Below are positions 27,559 to 36,317 of a DNA stretch of 36,317 nucleotides, in pieces (positions within the stretch are counted from its first letter, which is position 1; the number at the start of each line of letters is the position of its first letter). The notes below the pieces were generated by a model that did no database searches, was not told the DNA's origin, and saw only the letters and a list, made by a program, of their open reading frames with translations. The position numbers and the translations under genes are program-made. The DNA comes from Stramenopiles sp. TOSAG23-3 (lineage: Eukaryota), in contig LT642197.1 of assembly GCA_900128585.1 (NCBI GenBank), positions 1 to 36,317 on the forward strand, in the 5' to 3' direction.

Positions 27559-29046
27559 TTAGTGATGGTGAGCACCACTGCCGTGCTCTTCCCCTTGCCC
27601 TTTTCCATGTTCATCCTCGTGCCCTTCCTCTTCTTCCAGCAAGTTCCTTTCGAAGTCCTTTGTTAGCACTACAATGTGCCGGAGTGCCCGTCTCAACTCC
27701 TCCGCTGGTGTACTGTCCAAATTTAGGACCGATTGATCCCCTATTTTTTTTAGCCGTAAAAGCTCGTCGTTTAAACGCTTGACGTAGCAGTGGGTGTCGA
27801 ACTCAAATTCTTTCAACTCGCGAATGTGAGTCTCCATGTGGTGCGTTCCTTCGTAAAGGCCATGAAATACTCGCACGAAGCGTAGCAGCCGAAATAGAAG
27901 TAAAAAGTGGACGGGGTTGATGAGCGACCCTTCCCTTTGCGTTTCCAGCATATTCACAGTCTCCATTGTAAAACTGATGTACACAACGATGAAGTCCAAG
28001 ACGTGGGAGCCATGGTGCCAAGTGTATTTCTCTTTCGTATCAACAGGACTAAGCATGCATATTGGCATGTCCGTTACGGTGCTCTTCGTGCCATCGTTTT
28101 CGCGAAATTCAAGGTCGATGTCCCCGTTAAATATATTGACGTGGGTAACTGTGCCTACGGCAGGGATGTTGTCTTTGGGGTTCGGGTCTATAATCGACAC
28201 TGTGTCGCCAACTTTATATTTCTTGTAGCACGAGCAAAAGAACTGCTTGACTCCGAATGCAAAGACAGCCAAGGCTAGCTCTATGCAAAACAGTATTAAA
28301 ATGGCGTAACTCACCCAGTGAAGTATAACCTCGACAGGGGCGTGGTCGTGGTGTGCCGTGTACTTTACGGGCCGTTCGTAGCATCGTCTCTTTGGGTCGA
28401 AGTGGTGGCCTCCCTCAGCACTCAACAGAAGACGGCGGACGTGGACTGATGTTCCGTTGTGGGCCGCAAAGCAAGCGTCTTTGTTCTCGAACCCAGCGCT
28501 ACTACCGTACTCCTTTAGATGCCGTTCGCAACAGTTTTCAAGGTTCTCTGTATTACGTACCCTATCTGAACATACATAGTCCCGGGGAACGTATAAACTC
28601 GCAGCGTCGCTGTCGCGGTATCCCGTCGGCGGCAATATGCGATAACCAAATATTATTTCAAAGAAAACGCAGACGACATCGATGCAAAGCAGGATAACCA
28701 CCGCCCGCCGAACTAGGTGAGACTCAAGCTTGTGAAAGATCTTTACCTTCGCGCCAGTGACATTCTTGCCGCAGCACGTTGAGTTTATGGGGATGTGAAC
28801 GCCTTCTTTGATAAGGTGCGGATCGTTGACGAAATACTTGTTGTAATCGTTCTCTTGTCGCGCGTGAAGCGGTTGAACCTGCGACCCCCTGCGCCCAGAT
28901 GAACTCCTGGACCTCAACCTTGAGGTCCGTGTCTCGGTAAGAAAATGCCTACTGCTGGGGGTCATTTCAAAACTCGGACTAACGGACTCCAGCCCGTGAG
29001 GGGCTTCACCGACTAAAATTGCTGTCTTGCCGTTGGTGGTTGACAT
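27559..29046 (-). CDS. Voltage-gated proton channel (Hv1)-like voltage-sensor-only protein, atypical
   Basis: S1 VILLCIDVVCVFFE (Asp), S2 HWVSYAILILFCIEL, S3 VLDFIVVYISFTME, S4 FRLLRFVRVFHG, then a coiled-coil-like C-terminus and no pore domain. First ATG at 29046. Confidence 0.85.
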   Translation of the reverse strand: MSTTNGKTAILVGEAPHGLESVSPSFEMTPSSRHFLTETRTSRLRSRSSSGRRGSQVQPLHARQENDYNKYFVNDPHLIKEGVHIPINSTCCGKNVTGAKVKIFHKLESHLVRRAVVILLCIDVVCVFFEIIFGYRILPPTGYRDSDAASLYVPRDYVCSDRVRNTENLENCCERHLKEYGSSAGFENKDACFAAHNGTSVHVRRLLLSAEGGHHFDPKRRCYERPVKYTAHHDHAPVEVILHWVSYAILILFCIELALAVFAFGVKQFFCSCYKKYKVGDTVSIIDPNPKDNIPAVGTVTHVNIFNGDIDLEFRENDGTKSTVTDMPICMLSPVDTKEKYTWHHGSHVLDFIVVYISFTMETVNMLETQREGSLINPVHFLLLFRLLRFVRVFHGLYEGTHHMETHIRELKEFEFDTHCYVKRLNDELLRLKKIGDQSVLNLDSTPAEELRRALRHIVVLTKDFERNLLEEEEGHEDEHGKGQGEEHGSGAHHH

Positions 29047-29423
29047 AACGACTATATACTGAATGAATTTCAATACAGACGGTCGATAGTTAAATTATAT
29101 CTATAATAAAATTCTTTGTTTGTTTACAAACACCTTTCGTTTTTTCTGGTTCAATTGATTATCAATTGGTGAACATTCAGGTAAAGAAAGGGATGATTTG
29201 ATTCATCTGGGGGGGGGGGGGTTATTATTTTTTGGTTGTTGGGGCCGCTGCATGCTGCATGCAACATAACAGCAGACGGGGAACAACGGGGAGCACATCT
29301 TTCTTCTTTCTTTTTTTGTTTGTTTGTTTTTGTGGTGGATCGTGGGATGGTTGTTATGGATACATCACTTTACAATAAGACACTACCAAATACATGTACT
29401 TATATTACGTATTTACACTCACC

Positions 29424-29590
29424 CTCCTCCTTCTTCTTTTTTTCTTTTCTTCTTCTTCTTTTCTTCTTTTCTTCTTTTCTTCTTCTTTTTTCTTTTCTTC
29501 TTTCCTTCTTTTCTTCTTTTCTTCTTTTCTTCTTTTCTTCTTTTCTTCTTTTCTTCTTTTCTCTTCTGCTGTGTCTTCTTCTTTTCTCTT
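29424..29590 (+). repeat. Imperfect (TTC)n polypyrimidine tract next to a gap
   Basis: ttc/tttc repeats; the N run follows at 29629-29686. Confidence 0.95.
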
Positions 29591-29628
29591 ATGCTGTGTC
29601 TTCTGCTGTGGCTGTGTGTTGTATTATG

Positions 29629-29686
29629 NNNNNNNNNNNNNNNNNNNNNNNNNNNNNNNNNNNNNNNNNNNNNNNNNNNNNNNNNN
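29629..29686. other. Assembly gap (N run)
   Basis: Run of N. Confidence 0.99.
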
Positions 29687-29933
29687 ATGAGAGATGAAAA
29701 TATGTGATCAATTTATTATTATTAATAATATTTTATTGGCAATGATGAGATCAATGATCGATTTGGAAGCTGCTCGTTGTTTTGTTGTTGTTGGAGTTCA
29801 AATTAAAACTGAATGATTTGTTAAACCTTTGCAAAAATAATATGCATAGAAAGGTGCATTTTCCATGTTATAGCGCAGAGGTTTTGTGAATTGGGGGCGT
29901 GGCGTTTAAACTGCCGTGAGGAATTGAACGATA

Positions 29934-32012
29934 ATGAAGTGGTTTCAAGTGGGTGTGGTGGTGTTGTTCCTGTTGCTGCTCCTTGCCCAAGGTAAAATGG
30001 AGGACGGTAGCGAGTCGGGCGGTGGGCCTTCGCTTTTACTCTTGCCGTTGGATTTTCTAGAGCAATATGATAACCAAGATATAGATGAGAGTGTGGTTTT
30101 TATGGAAGGCTTGACGGCGTTTGAAGAGCAATTCGACAAGAGGTCCCTTGCACTGTACCCAGTAATTTTGGCGGCGTCGGTTTTATTGAGCGGAGAGCTT
30201 ACCGCGAAGGAGAGGGAGGACACCTTGATGCTGGTCTTAAGCTCGTACACCGACGGCGAATGGGGCCGTGTCAACGTGTGGCACAACATACCAAAAGAGG
30301 ACATGTACGACTTCTTGCCCGACGCAGTGGATTATTTTGAAGTGTTGATGCAGCAGACGTACTTCGACACGGGGACACGGCTGTCTATTGCCACGTTGTA
30401 CTCTGACTCTGGCCACGTGGAAGCTGCCAGCCGTGTTTTTCGGTACGTTGGCAACGAGGCAATAGACCGGTTGGCAAAGGCGCAGACTAACGTAATAGAG
30501 CGATCTGCTACGCTATCGTTGCTTGCTATGACCCTATGGTACATTGAGCCTAAGCGGCCTGGCCAAGCGGAGGCAGCCACTTACTACTTGAAGCAGGCCA
30601 CCCGGCTGGACCCGTCCAATTCGGAAATCGAGAGCATGTACCAAACGAGTGTACAGAACTTTGAGCTCGAAAGGCTGAGGAAAAAGCTAATTTCCTGGAA
30701 GGCAAAGGATGAGCCGGCCTTAAACGGATGGCTGGAAGCTAACATTCCCCGAACGTTTGATAAAATTGATAAAATTGCGTGGCAAGATCTATCGTATGAA
30801 ACATTTTTTCGCGATTACGTACTGACGAGAACTCCGGTTGTTATCACCGGCCTGGTGGATGTGATGACCAGGTCCGAAAATCCACATTCACGAGAGTGGG
30901 ATTTCGAGTACGTTAAAAGGGTTTGCGCTGACATGCAAGTTACCAAGAAAGGGCATGTGTCATCGAACATGCAAGTGTGGGCAGGGCTGGTTGATTTTGG
31001 GGACACCACGGTGGGAGAGTTCATCGATCATTTGCCAGTTGCGCATGAGAATATTACGGCCTCGCGCCCTCTTCCGTACGTTTTTGACGAGTCCATTTCA
31101 GAGAATTGCCCGGAACTCTTGAAAAATTTTACTGTCCCGAAGTACTTTGCCCAAGACCTTGGTTACATGATGTACAACAATGGCCCTTACAATGGGCACC
31201 CAAGCTTGTTCATAGGGCCACGAAACAGCAAGTGCGGGCTGCACGTTGATTCTTCCTCCTCCAACTTTTGGCAAGCTTTGTTGAAAGGGAGAAAGAAGTG
31301 GTACTTTTACCCGCTCGACGACCAGAGCAGCGAGCTGTTCTTGTACTACTCCCCCATGCACAAAGCGTTCTTGGTCGACCCCCACGACCCGGACTATGGG
31401 CGCTTTCCTTTGCTTCAGTTTGTGCAGGAAAAGCGACTGGTCGAAGTTGTAGTGGAGGAAGGGGAGGTTATTTATGTTCCGACGGACACTCCCCATGCTG
31501 TGAAAAACCTGGATGCATCATTGGCTTTTTCCCACAATTACATGGACGCCAGCAATCTGTTGCGAGTGTTTCGGACCCTGTACGCGGAAGAAGGGGTTGG
31601 TGATGAAAATGCATTCTGGATGTCGCAATTGATTGATGACGACAATACGGGTAAACCGAATGAAATGCTTTTTCACAGGGCAAAGAGGGTGCTGCGTAAA
31701 CACCCCCGAGACCTGTCTTGGGAAGAGTTCAAAAATGCAACACTGAAGGGGTACATACAGAATGGAACTGCTAACACTGATTTTTGGACAAGCGCAGAGC
31801 ACCAATCTGACGGTGATAAGGACAACCGGTTTCTCCGTTTTGAATGGCCGGGCATGACGGTTTCTTCCATGGATTTGCTGCACCCAGTGACAGGCAGGGT
31901 TGCATTTCCAGGGGCGCGTTTTGCGAACATGCCCCACGACTCAGAGAGCGGCGCTGGTAATACAGAGGAGCAATTCGATGAGAGCGCAGTGAATGGGTAT
32001 TACACCCCTTGA
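29934..32012 (+). CDS. JmjC (cupin-like) 2-oxoglutarate/Fe(II) oxygenase with a signal peptide and TPR-like helices
   Basis: Signal peptide MKWFQVGVVVLFLLLLLAQG; TPR-like AATYYLKQATRLDPSN; JmjC motifs TPVVITG, LFIGPRNSKCGLHVD, GRKKW, GEVIYVPTDTPHAVKNL (HxD...H intact). Confidence 0.88.
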   Translation: MKWFQVGVVVLFLLLLLAQGKMEDGSESGGGPSLLLLPLDFLEQYDNQDIDESVVFMEGLTAFEEQFDKRSLALYPVILAASVLLSGELTAKEREDTLMLVLSSYTDGEWGRVNVWHNIPKEDMYDFLPDAVDYFEVLMQQTYFDTGTRLSIATLYSDSGHVEAASRVFRYVGNEAIDRLAKAQTNVIERSATLSLLAMTLWYIEPKRPGQAEAATYYLKQATRLDPSNSEIESMYQTSVQNFELERLRKKLISWKAKDEPALNGWLEANIPRTFDKIDKIAWQDLSYETFFRDYVLTRTPVVITGLVDVMTRSENPHSREWDFEYVKRVCADMQVTKKGHVSSNMQVWAGLVDFGDTTVGEFIDHLPVAHENITASRPLPYVFDESISENCPELLKNFTVPKYFAQDLGYMMYNNGPYNGHPSLFIGPRNSKCGLHVDSSSSNFWQALLKGRKKWYFYPLDDQSSELFLYYSPMHKAFLVDPHDPDYGRFPLLQFVQEKRLVEVVVEEGEVIYVPTDTPHAVKNLDASLAFSHNYMDASNLLRVFRTLYAEEGVGDENAFWMSQLIDDDNTGKPNEMLFHRAKRVLRKHPRDLSWEEFKNATLKGYIQNGTANTDFWTSAEHQSDGDKDNRFLRFEWPGMTVSSMDLLHPVTGRVAFPGARFANMPHDSESGAGNTEEQFDESAVNGYYTP

Positions 32013-32222
32013 TTATAATCGAAAAAGAACGTGTTTGTAATGCCGCAGTATAGAATTCATGCACGAAGTAGCTTGTTATAAATTTTCAAAAAGTAAAATC
32101 TTTTATCATATCATCATAATTTGTTTTATCATATGCATATAATTTGTTTTTTCATATGTATGAAGAAAAAACAAAATGCGTAACACTCTGTTTAAAATAC
32201 ACACGCAATGGTTTTGGCTGCG

Positions 32223-32843
32223 TTAGGAAATATCCTTTGAATCCCTACAAACTTCTCCCTCATCTTCCAACTCGACAATTATTTCGTTTGTGCGAAGAAA
32301 TGGGATGGTAAATGGCGGGTTGTATCGTGCCAAACTCCATTCGCCGTTCGTGTTCAATCCATCGTTGCGCAACTCGGTGATAAAATCCTGCGCCATCTTC
32401 TCCGCGCCGTCGTCCCGTACATTCCATGTAAACTGCAATACTGCACATATGCGAGGGGGGATCTCCCTCAGTTTAATGTCTTGGCTAAGAGGTTTCGGGG
32501 CAGTTTCCAGGTTCATCTCTTTCGGAAGGACAAAGGCCATGCTGACGCCATTCCCGCTCAATACGGGTGCCGTCATAGCGATGGGCTGGGGCCCCTTCGT
32601 TAGTACAGGTCCTGTCATTGCGATCCTTTGCGCGCCTCCATCCTTCCTTGTGTTTTCTGGCACTCCAAACACACCTATGTACTTTGCCAGCTTTCTAAAT
32701 GAGTTATTCTCTGCCCCACTCGCACCAGCGAACGTTTCTGCAACAACAACTGTCGGGTATGAACGAATTTCATACCTAGGAAGTCCTCGCAATATCGTGT
32801 ACGGCATACACTCAACGTCAATCTTTCCAAAAACCATTCCCAT
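32223..32843 (-). CDS. SOUL heme-binding family protein
   Basis: MGMVFGKI, YEIRSYP, FRKLAKYIG, IAMTAPV, MAFVLP, APKP and ARYNPPFTIPFLRTNEI. Confidence 0.93.
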   Translation of the reverse strand: MGMVFGKIDVECMPYTILRGLPRYEIRSYPTVVVAETFAGASGAENNSFRKLAKYIGVFGVPENTRKDGGAQRIAMTGPVLTKGPQPIAMTAPVLSGNGVSMAFVLPKEMNLETAPKPLSQDIKLREIPPRICAVLQFTWNVRDDGAEKMAQDFITELRNDGLNTNGEWSLARYNPPFTIPFLRTNEIIVELEDEGEVCRDSKDIS

Positions 32844-33131
32844 CGTGACAAACTGGACTGTTTAATACTTCTATAAACTTCAATAATACACACGTACAAA
32901 AGAATGATAAATTGTGACCCTCTAGCTCCTATAAGTGAATACACAAACACGTTGAAAGATTATATGTGGGTTCCACTATCGTCTATGTCATGCTCCCATA
33001 TTATAGAATACATACACTCATTGATTTATGAGTTCTCGATTCTTCGTATACTATAGAATACTTACTCTTCTTGTTGTTTACGAGAGAGAGAGGGAGAGGA
33101 GGAGGAGGACTTACCCATCATTATTATTATT

Positions 33132-33172
33132 NNNNNNNNNNNNNNNNNNNNNNNNNNNNNNNNNNNNNNNNN
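33132..33172. other. Assembly gap (N run)
   Basis: Run of N. Confidence 0.99.
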
Positions 33173-33390
33173 TTCTTCTTTTCTTCTTTATTTCTTCTTC
33201 TTCTTCATCTGATGATGTTCTTCGAACAACCAACAAAAACAAAAGAAGAAGAAGAAAAAAACCACCACCACCACCTCCACAATTAAATTTTATTATGTAC
33301 AATATTTTATCGCAATAGATATACGAGGAACGAGTCGTCTAGATATTATTTATAATAGAAATAGTATTATCTATGGCATTTTATTATTAT

Positions 33391-33543
33391 ATCTTCTTCG
33401 TTCTTTCGTTTCTTCTTCTTCTTTGTCTTCTACTCTCTCTTCTCTCTTCCTCTATCATCATCATCTCTTCTTCTTCTTTTTTTTCTTCTTCTTCTTCTTC
33501 TTTTTTTCTTCTTCTTTTTTTTTTCTTCTTTCTTTCTTCTTTT
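33391..33543 (+). repeat. Imperfect (TTC)n tract
   Basis: ttc-rich low-complexity sequence upstream of SUV3. Confidence 0.9.
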
Positions 33544-33730
33544 AGAGAGCTAGGGAAAAAAAATTGATTCCATACGGGGAATTATTTTGCAGAAGAAGGA
33601 ATCTTTCGTTCATTTACATTTATCAGGTTATGCAAATCAATAATTTGATCGTAGACTGGGAATTGCCAATAGTGCGTGTGCATTTTTATAGTTTTATTTA
33701 GTGGTATATGTTTCCACGGGGTGTCTGCGA

Positions 33731-35986
33731 ATGCTGCAATTTTTGACCGGTGCTTCTAGGGCGGCGACGGGGTGGGTGGCTAAACGTGGAAGGCATCTAC
33801 CGGCTGTTTTCAATTGCAAACGGTATAGCTCTGAGTTTTCGAATGATGTTACGGGCTATGGTGCCGACTTACAAGAGATATCAAAAGAGTACTCAGCTCC
33901 ACATCTGTGGTACCCAGGAGCACGGAGGAAAAAGCGAAAAATTATTGCTCACGTTGGTCCAACCAATTCTGGGAAGACCCACACAGCTGTCCAGAAGCTT
34001 ATTACGAACCCTGACCTACAAGGTTTGTACTGTTCTCCCCTTCGCCTCTTGGCGTGGGAAACCTTCGAAAGGTTGAATGCAAACGGTGCCAAAACGAACT
34101 TGATGACGGGGCAGGAGCGTGACATAAGGCACGAAGACGCGAGGGTCCTGGCCTGCACGGTGGAGATGGCGGAGACGCACCGTGAGTTTGACATAGCAAT
34201 TATTGACGAAATTCAAATGATTGGGGTTAATGCGCACCGCGGGCATGGTTGGACCCGTGCGCTATTGGGGATACAGGCCAGCGAAATTCATGTGTGCGGA
34301 GAAGAGCGCACTGTCCCGCTGCTGGAAAAAATATGTGAGTCGATGGGGGAGGAGCTTGAAGTAAATTATTACGAACGCTTGTCCCCGCTAGATTACGAAA
34401 GCGAACCTGCGCTACGGTCGTACCATGACTTGCGACCAGGCGATGCCGTGGTGGCCTTCAAGCGGCGAGACCTGTACACGATCAAGCGGCAGATAGAGAG
34501 GGAAACGGGGAGAAAGTGTTGCATTATTTACGGCGCCCTGCCCCCGGCGGTGCGGAAAGACCAGGCGAAACGGTTCAACACCCCGAACAACGGGTACGAC
34601 ATCCTTGTGGCGACGGACGCGGTTGGAATGGGTCTAAACTTGGCCATAGGGCGCGTTGTTTTCGAAAGCATGGTGAAATTCAATGGGAAAGAAACGGTCG
34701 AACTCCGACCGGATGAGGTCCGACAGATTGGTGGGCGTGCGGGAAGGTACAAGTCAGAATTTCCAAAGGGTTTTGTAACGTGCAGAAGAAATCAAGATGT
34801 GGTGTTAATGCGTAAGAAGATGTCAGAAGACGTTACTCCCGTCGCGAAAGCCTTTCTGCAGCCGACCCTGGAACAGATCTCTGCGTTTGCGAGAAGTAAA
34901 TCCATGATGACGTTCCAGTCGTCGTCTGCCTTGCTGAGCGGCACGGTTGAAGGCAACCCACAACCGCGAACATCTAGGAGTGAATACAAGCAAATTTGGG
35001 CAGATTTCCAAAGGGAGCATAGCTCTGCCTCAGTAGCCGTATCCAGGATCAAGAGCCACTACACTTCTGGAGGGAGTACCGTCCCTGGGCAGCAAGTGAC
35101 CGTCGAGGGGAAAGCAACTGAAGTGCAGAACGCTTTGGGGGTTTTGTCTCAGCTTATGTACGATGGAGATTTTCCTGGGAATGAACACCATGCTCCGGCG
35201 GGGGAGGATGAAATTTATGTCAACGAGGAGGAAGAGTTTTTCCTGGGGGTGCCGCGCTCAGCTTACCACAATATAACTTCCGAGTTCTTAGATGACTTGC
35301 GCGAGAAATTCGCGTGCAAAATTGTTTGCGACGACGACTTTGCTTCTGCACCCGATCCTCTGATTTATTGCCGGGCTACTCGGCCCGCGTTGGCAAGCGT
35401 TGCACTGTCGATAGGCGAACGAATGTGCGAGGGCAACAGCAGAGGGGATTCCGACACATCGTTTGCGTCTCTGTCGACGTTACTCCAGGAGTTCGAGGAG
35501 GGCGCAAAGGTCGACTCAGACATTTATCAGATTGGGGACCTGAAGGACATGAAGGAACTGGCGGAATTGCTGGAACATTTCCCCCTGCCATTGGAACTTC
35601 GGTTTTTGCTATGCCATGCGCCAGTAAATTGCCGAAGCGACACCTGCAAACGGCACTTTATAGATACGGTGAAGCGGTTGTTGAAGGGGGGGGACGTGCG
35701 ATTGCACTTAAAGCTCCCCGAGCAGTGCCCTAACACCCCGTTCCAGCTGATGCTGGTCGAGGACATCTACAAAGCGATCGATGTGTATTTGTGGCTCTCC
35801 ATGAAGTTTGAGGAAGAGTTCGTGGACCGAGAGTTGGCCATAAAAACGGGGGAGAAGGCTATTGAAATGATGACAAAGTACCTGGAGAAGGCCGGGAAGA
35901 AGAAGAAAAAAAAGCGGGAAAAGAAACTCGGGACGTTGGGCGTGACGAAACGCCGTTTTCGAGGCAAGTGGCGGAAACGGGAGTAA
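33731..35986 (+). CDS. SUV3: Mitochondrial ATP-dependent RNA helicase SUV3 with a ~190-aa insertion
   Basis: WYPGAR, HVGPTNSGKT, PLRLLAWE, CTVEM, DEIQM, IYGALPP, VATDAVGMGLNL and QIGGRAGR. Arg/Ala-rich presequence-like N-terminus from ATG 33731. Confidence 0.95.
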   Translation: MLQFLTGASRAATGWVAKRGRHLPAVFNCKRYSSEFSNDVTGYGADLQEISKEYSAPHLWYPGARRKKRKIIAHVGPTNSGKTHTAVQKLITNPDLQGLYCSPLRLLAWETFERLNANGAKTNLMTGQERDIRHEDARVLACTVEMAETHREFDIAIIDEIQMIGVNAHRGHGWTRALLGIQASEIHVCGEERTVPLLEKICESMGEELEVNYYERLSPLDYESEPALRSYHDLRPGDAVVAFKRRDLYTIKRQIERETGRKCCIIYGALPPAVRKDQAKRFNTPNNGYDILVATDAVGMGLNLAIGRVVFESMVKFNGKETVELRPDEVRQIGGRAGRYKSEFPKGFVTCRRNQDVVLMRKKMSEDVTPVAKAFLQPTLEQISAFARSKSMMTFQSSSALLSGTVEGNPQPRTSRSEYKQIWADFQREHSSASVAVSRIKSHYTSGGSTVPGQQVTVEGKATEVQNALGVLSQLMYDGDFPGNEHHAPAGEDEIYVNEEEEFFLGVPRSAYHNITSEFLDDLREKFACKIVCDDDFASAPDPLIYCRATRPALASVALSIGERMCEGNSRGDSDTSFASLSTLLQEFEEGAKVDSDIYQIGDLKDMKELAELLEHFPLPLELRFLLCHAPVNCRSDTCKRHFIDTVKRLLKGGDVRLHLKLPEQCPNTPFQLMLVEDIYKAIDVYLWLSMKFEEEFVDRELAIKTGEKAIEMMTKYLEKAGKKKKKKREKKLGTLGVTKRRFRGKWRKRE

Positions 35987-36069
35987 ACACCTTTGACCTA
36001 AACTTTATAAAAGATTCGTAATTCACAGACGTTGCATCATGACTGGCATTTGGTAATAATGTTTTTTTT

Positions 36070-36207
36070 AAACAAGAAAATTGGCTGTTATTTAAGTGTA
36101 ATTAAAATTAATGTTTTAAAAACAAGAAAATTGGCTGTTAAAATTTAATAAAGTATTTTAATGTTTTTTATTAAAAGCAAGAAAATTGGCTGTTATGATA
36201 TTTAAGT
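36070..36207 (+). repeat. Three copies of the dispersed CAAGAAAATTGGCTGTTA repeat
   Basis: caagaaaattggctgtta occurs three times, about 50-55 nt apart. Confidence 0.85.
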
Positions 36208-36317
36208 CATTAAATTTAGCTTCCTCAATACCCTAAATGTTCATACTGTCGCTGCCGCCTACCTTTTTTTTTGGTTTTTTCTCCATGGTACCAAACTGAG
36301 TCTTCATACGTTTTCCC

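Noticed and set aside
18110-29046. Functional linkage of the Orai-like cluster with the nearby Hv-like gene
   Set aside because: They are separated by HACD and RINT1, and proximity alone in a gene-dense eukaryote is not evidence without conserved synteny.
36070-36207. Three regularly spaced 18-bp repeats as a CRISPR array
   Set aside because: Eukaryotic context, no cas genes, AT-rich spacers that resemble each other, and the same motif dispersed elsewhere.

Overview
Gene-dense eukaryotic nuclear DNA, most likely from a stramenopile-type protist. That placement is inferred from the IDI-squalene synthase fusion, the CDKL kinase, short GT-AG introns and GC-rich exons between very AT-rich spacers. 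There are three assembly gaps. I can support 17 protein-coding genes, nearly all intronless and almost strictly alternating in orientation: secreted ankyrin protein, CDKL kinase, ISOC-like isochorismatase, ALDH7-like protein, IDI-SQS fusion, RPL23, MED17, DUF1295 protein, three paralogous 4-TM proteins, HACD/PHS1, RINT1/TIP20 (frameshifted at a homopolymer), an Hv-like voltage-sensor protein, a secreted JmjC protein, SOUL and SUV3. The main discovery candidate is the spliced three-gene cluster at 18110-22521, which the ORF track breaks into fragments. Once spliced, each gene encodes an Orai (CRAC channel)-like four-helix domain lacking the Ca2+ selectivity glutamate, and two of them carry a C-terminal PH domain. 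Other oddities are an Hv1-like protein without the signature S4 Trp and with two large insertions, an ALDH missing its catalytic Cys and Glu, a SUV3 with an inserted degenerate KH-like module, a ~305-nt structured RNA candidate and two small dispersed repeat families. All family calls come from motif recognition by eye; no searches were run.
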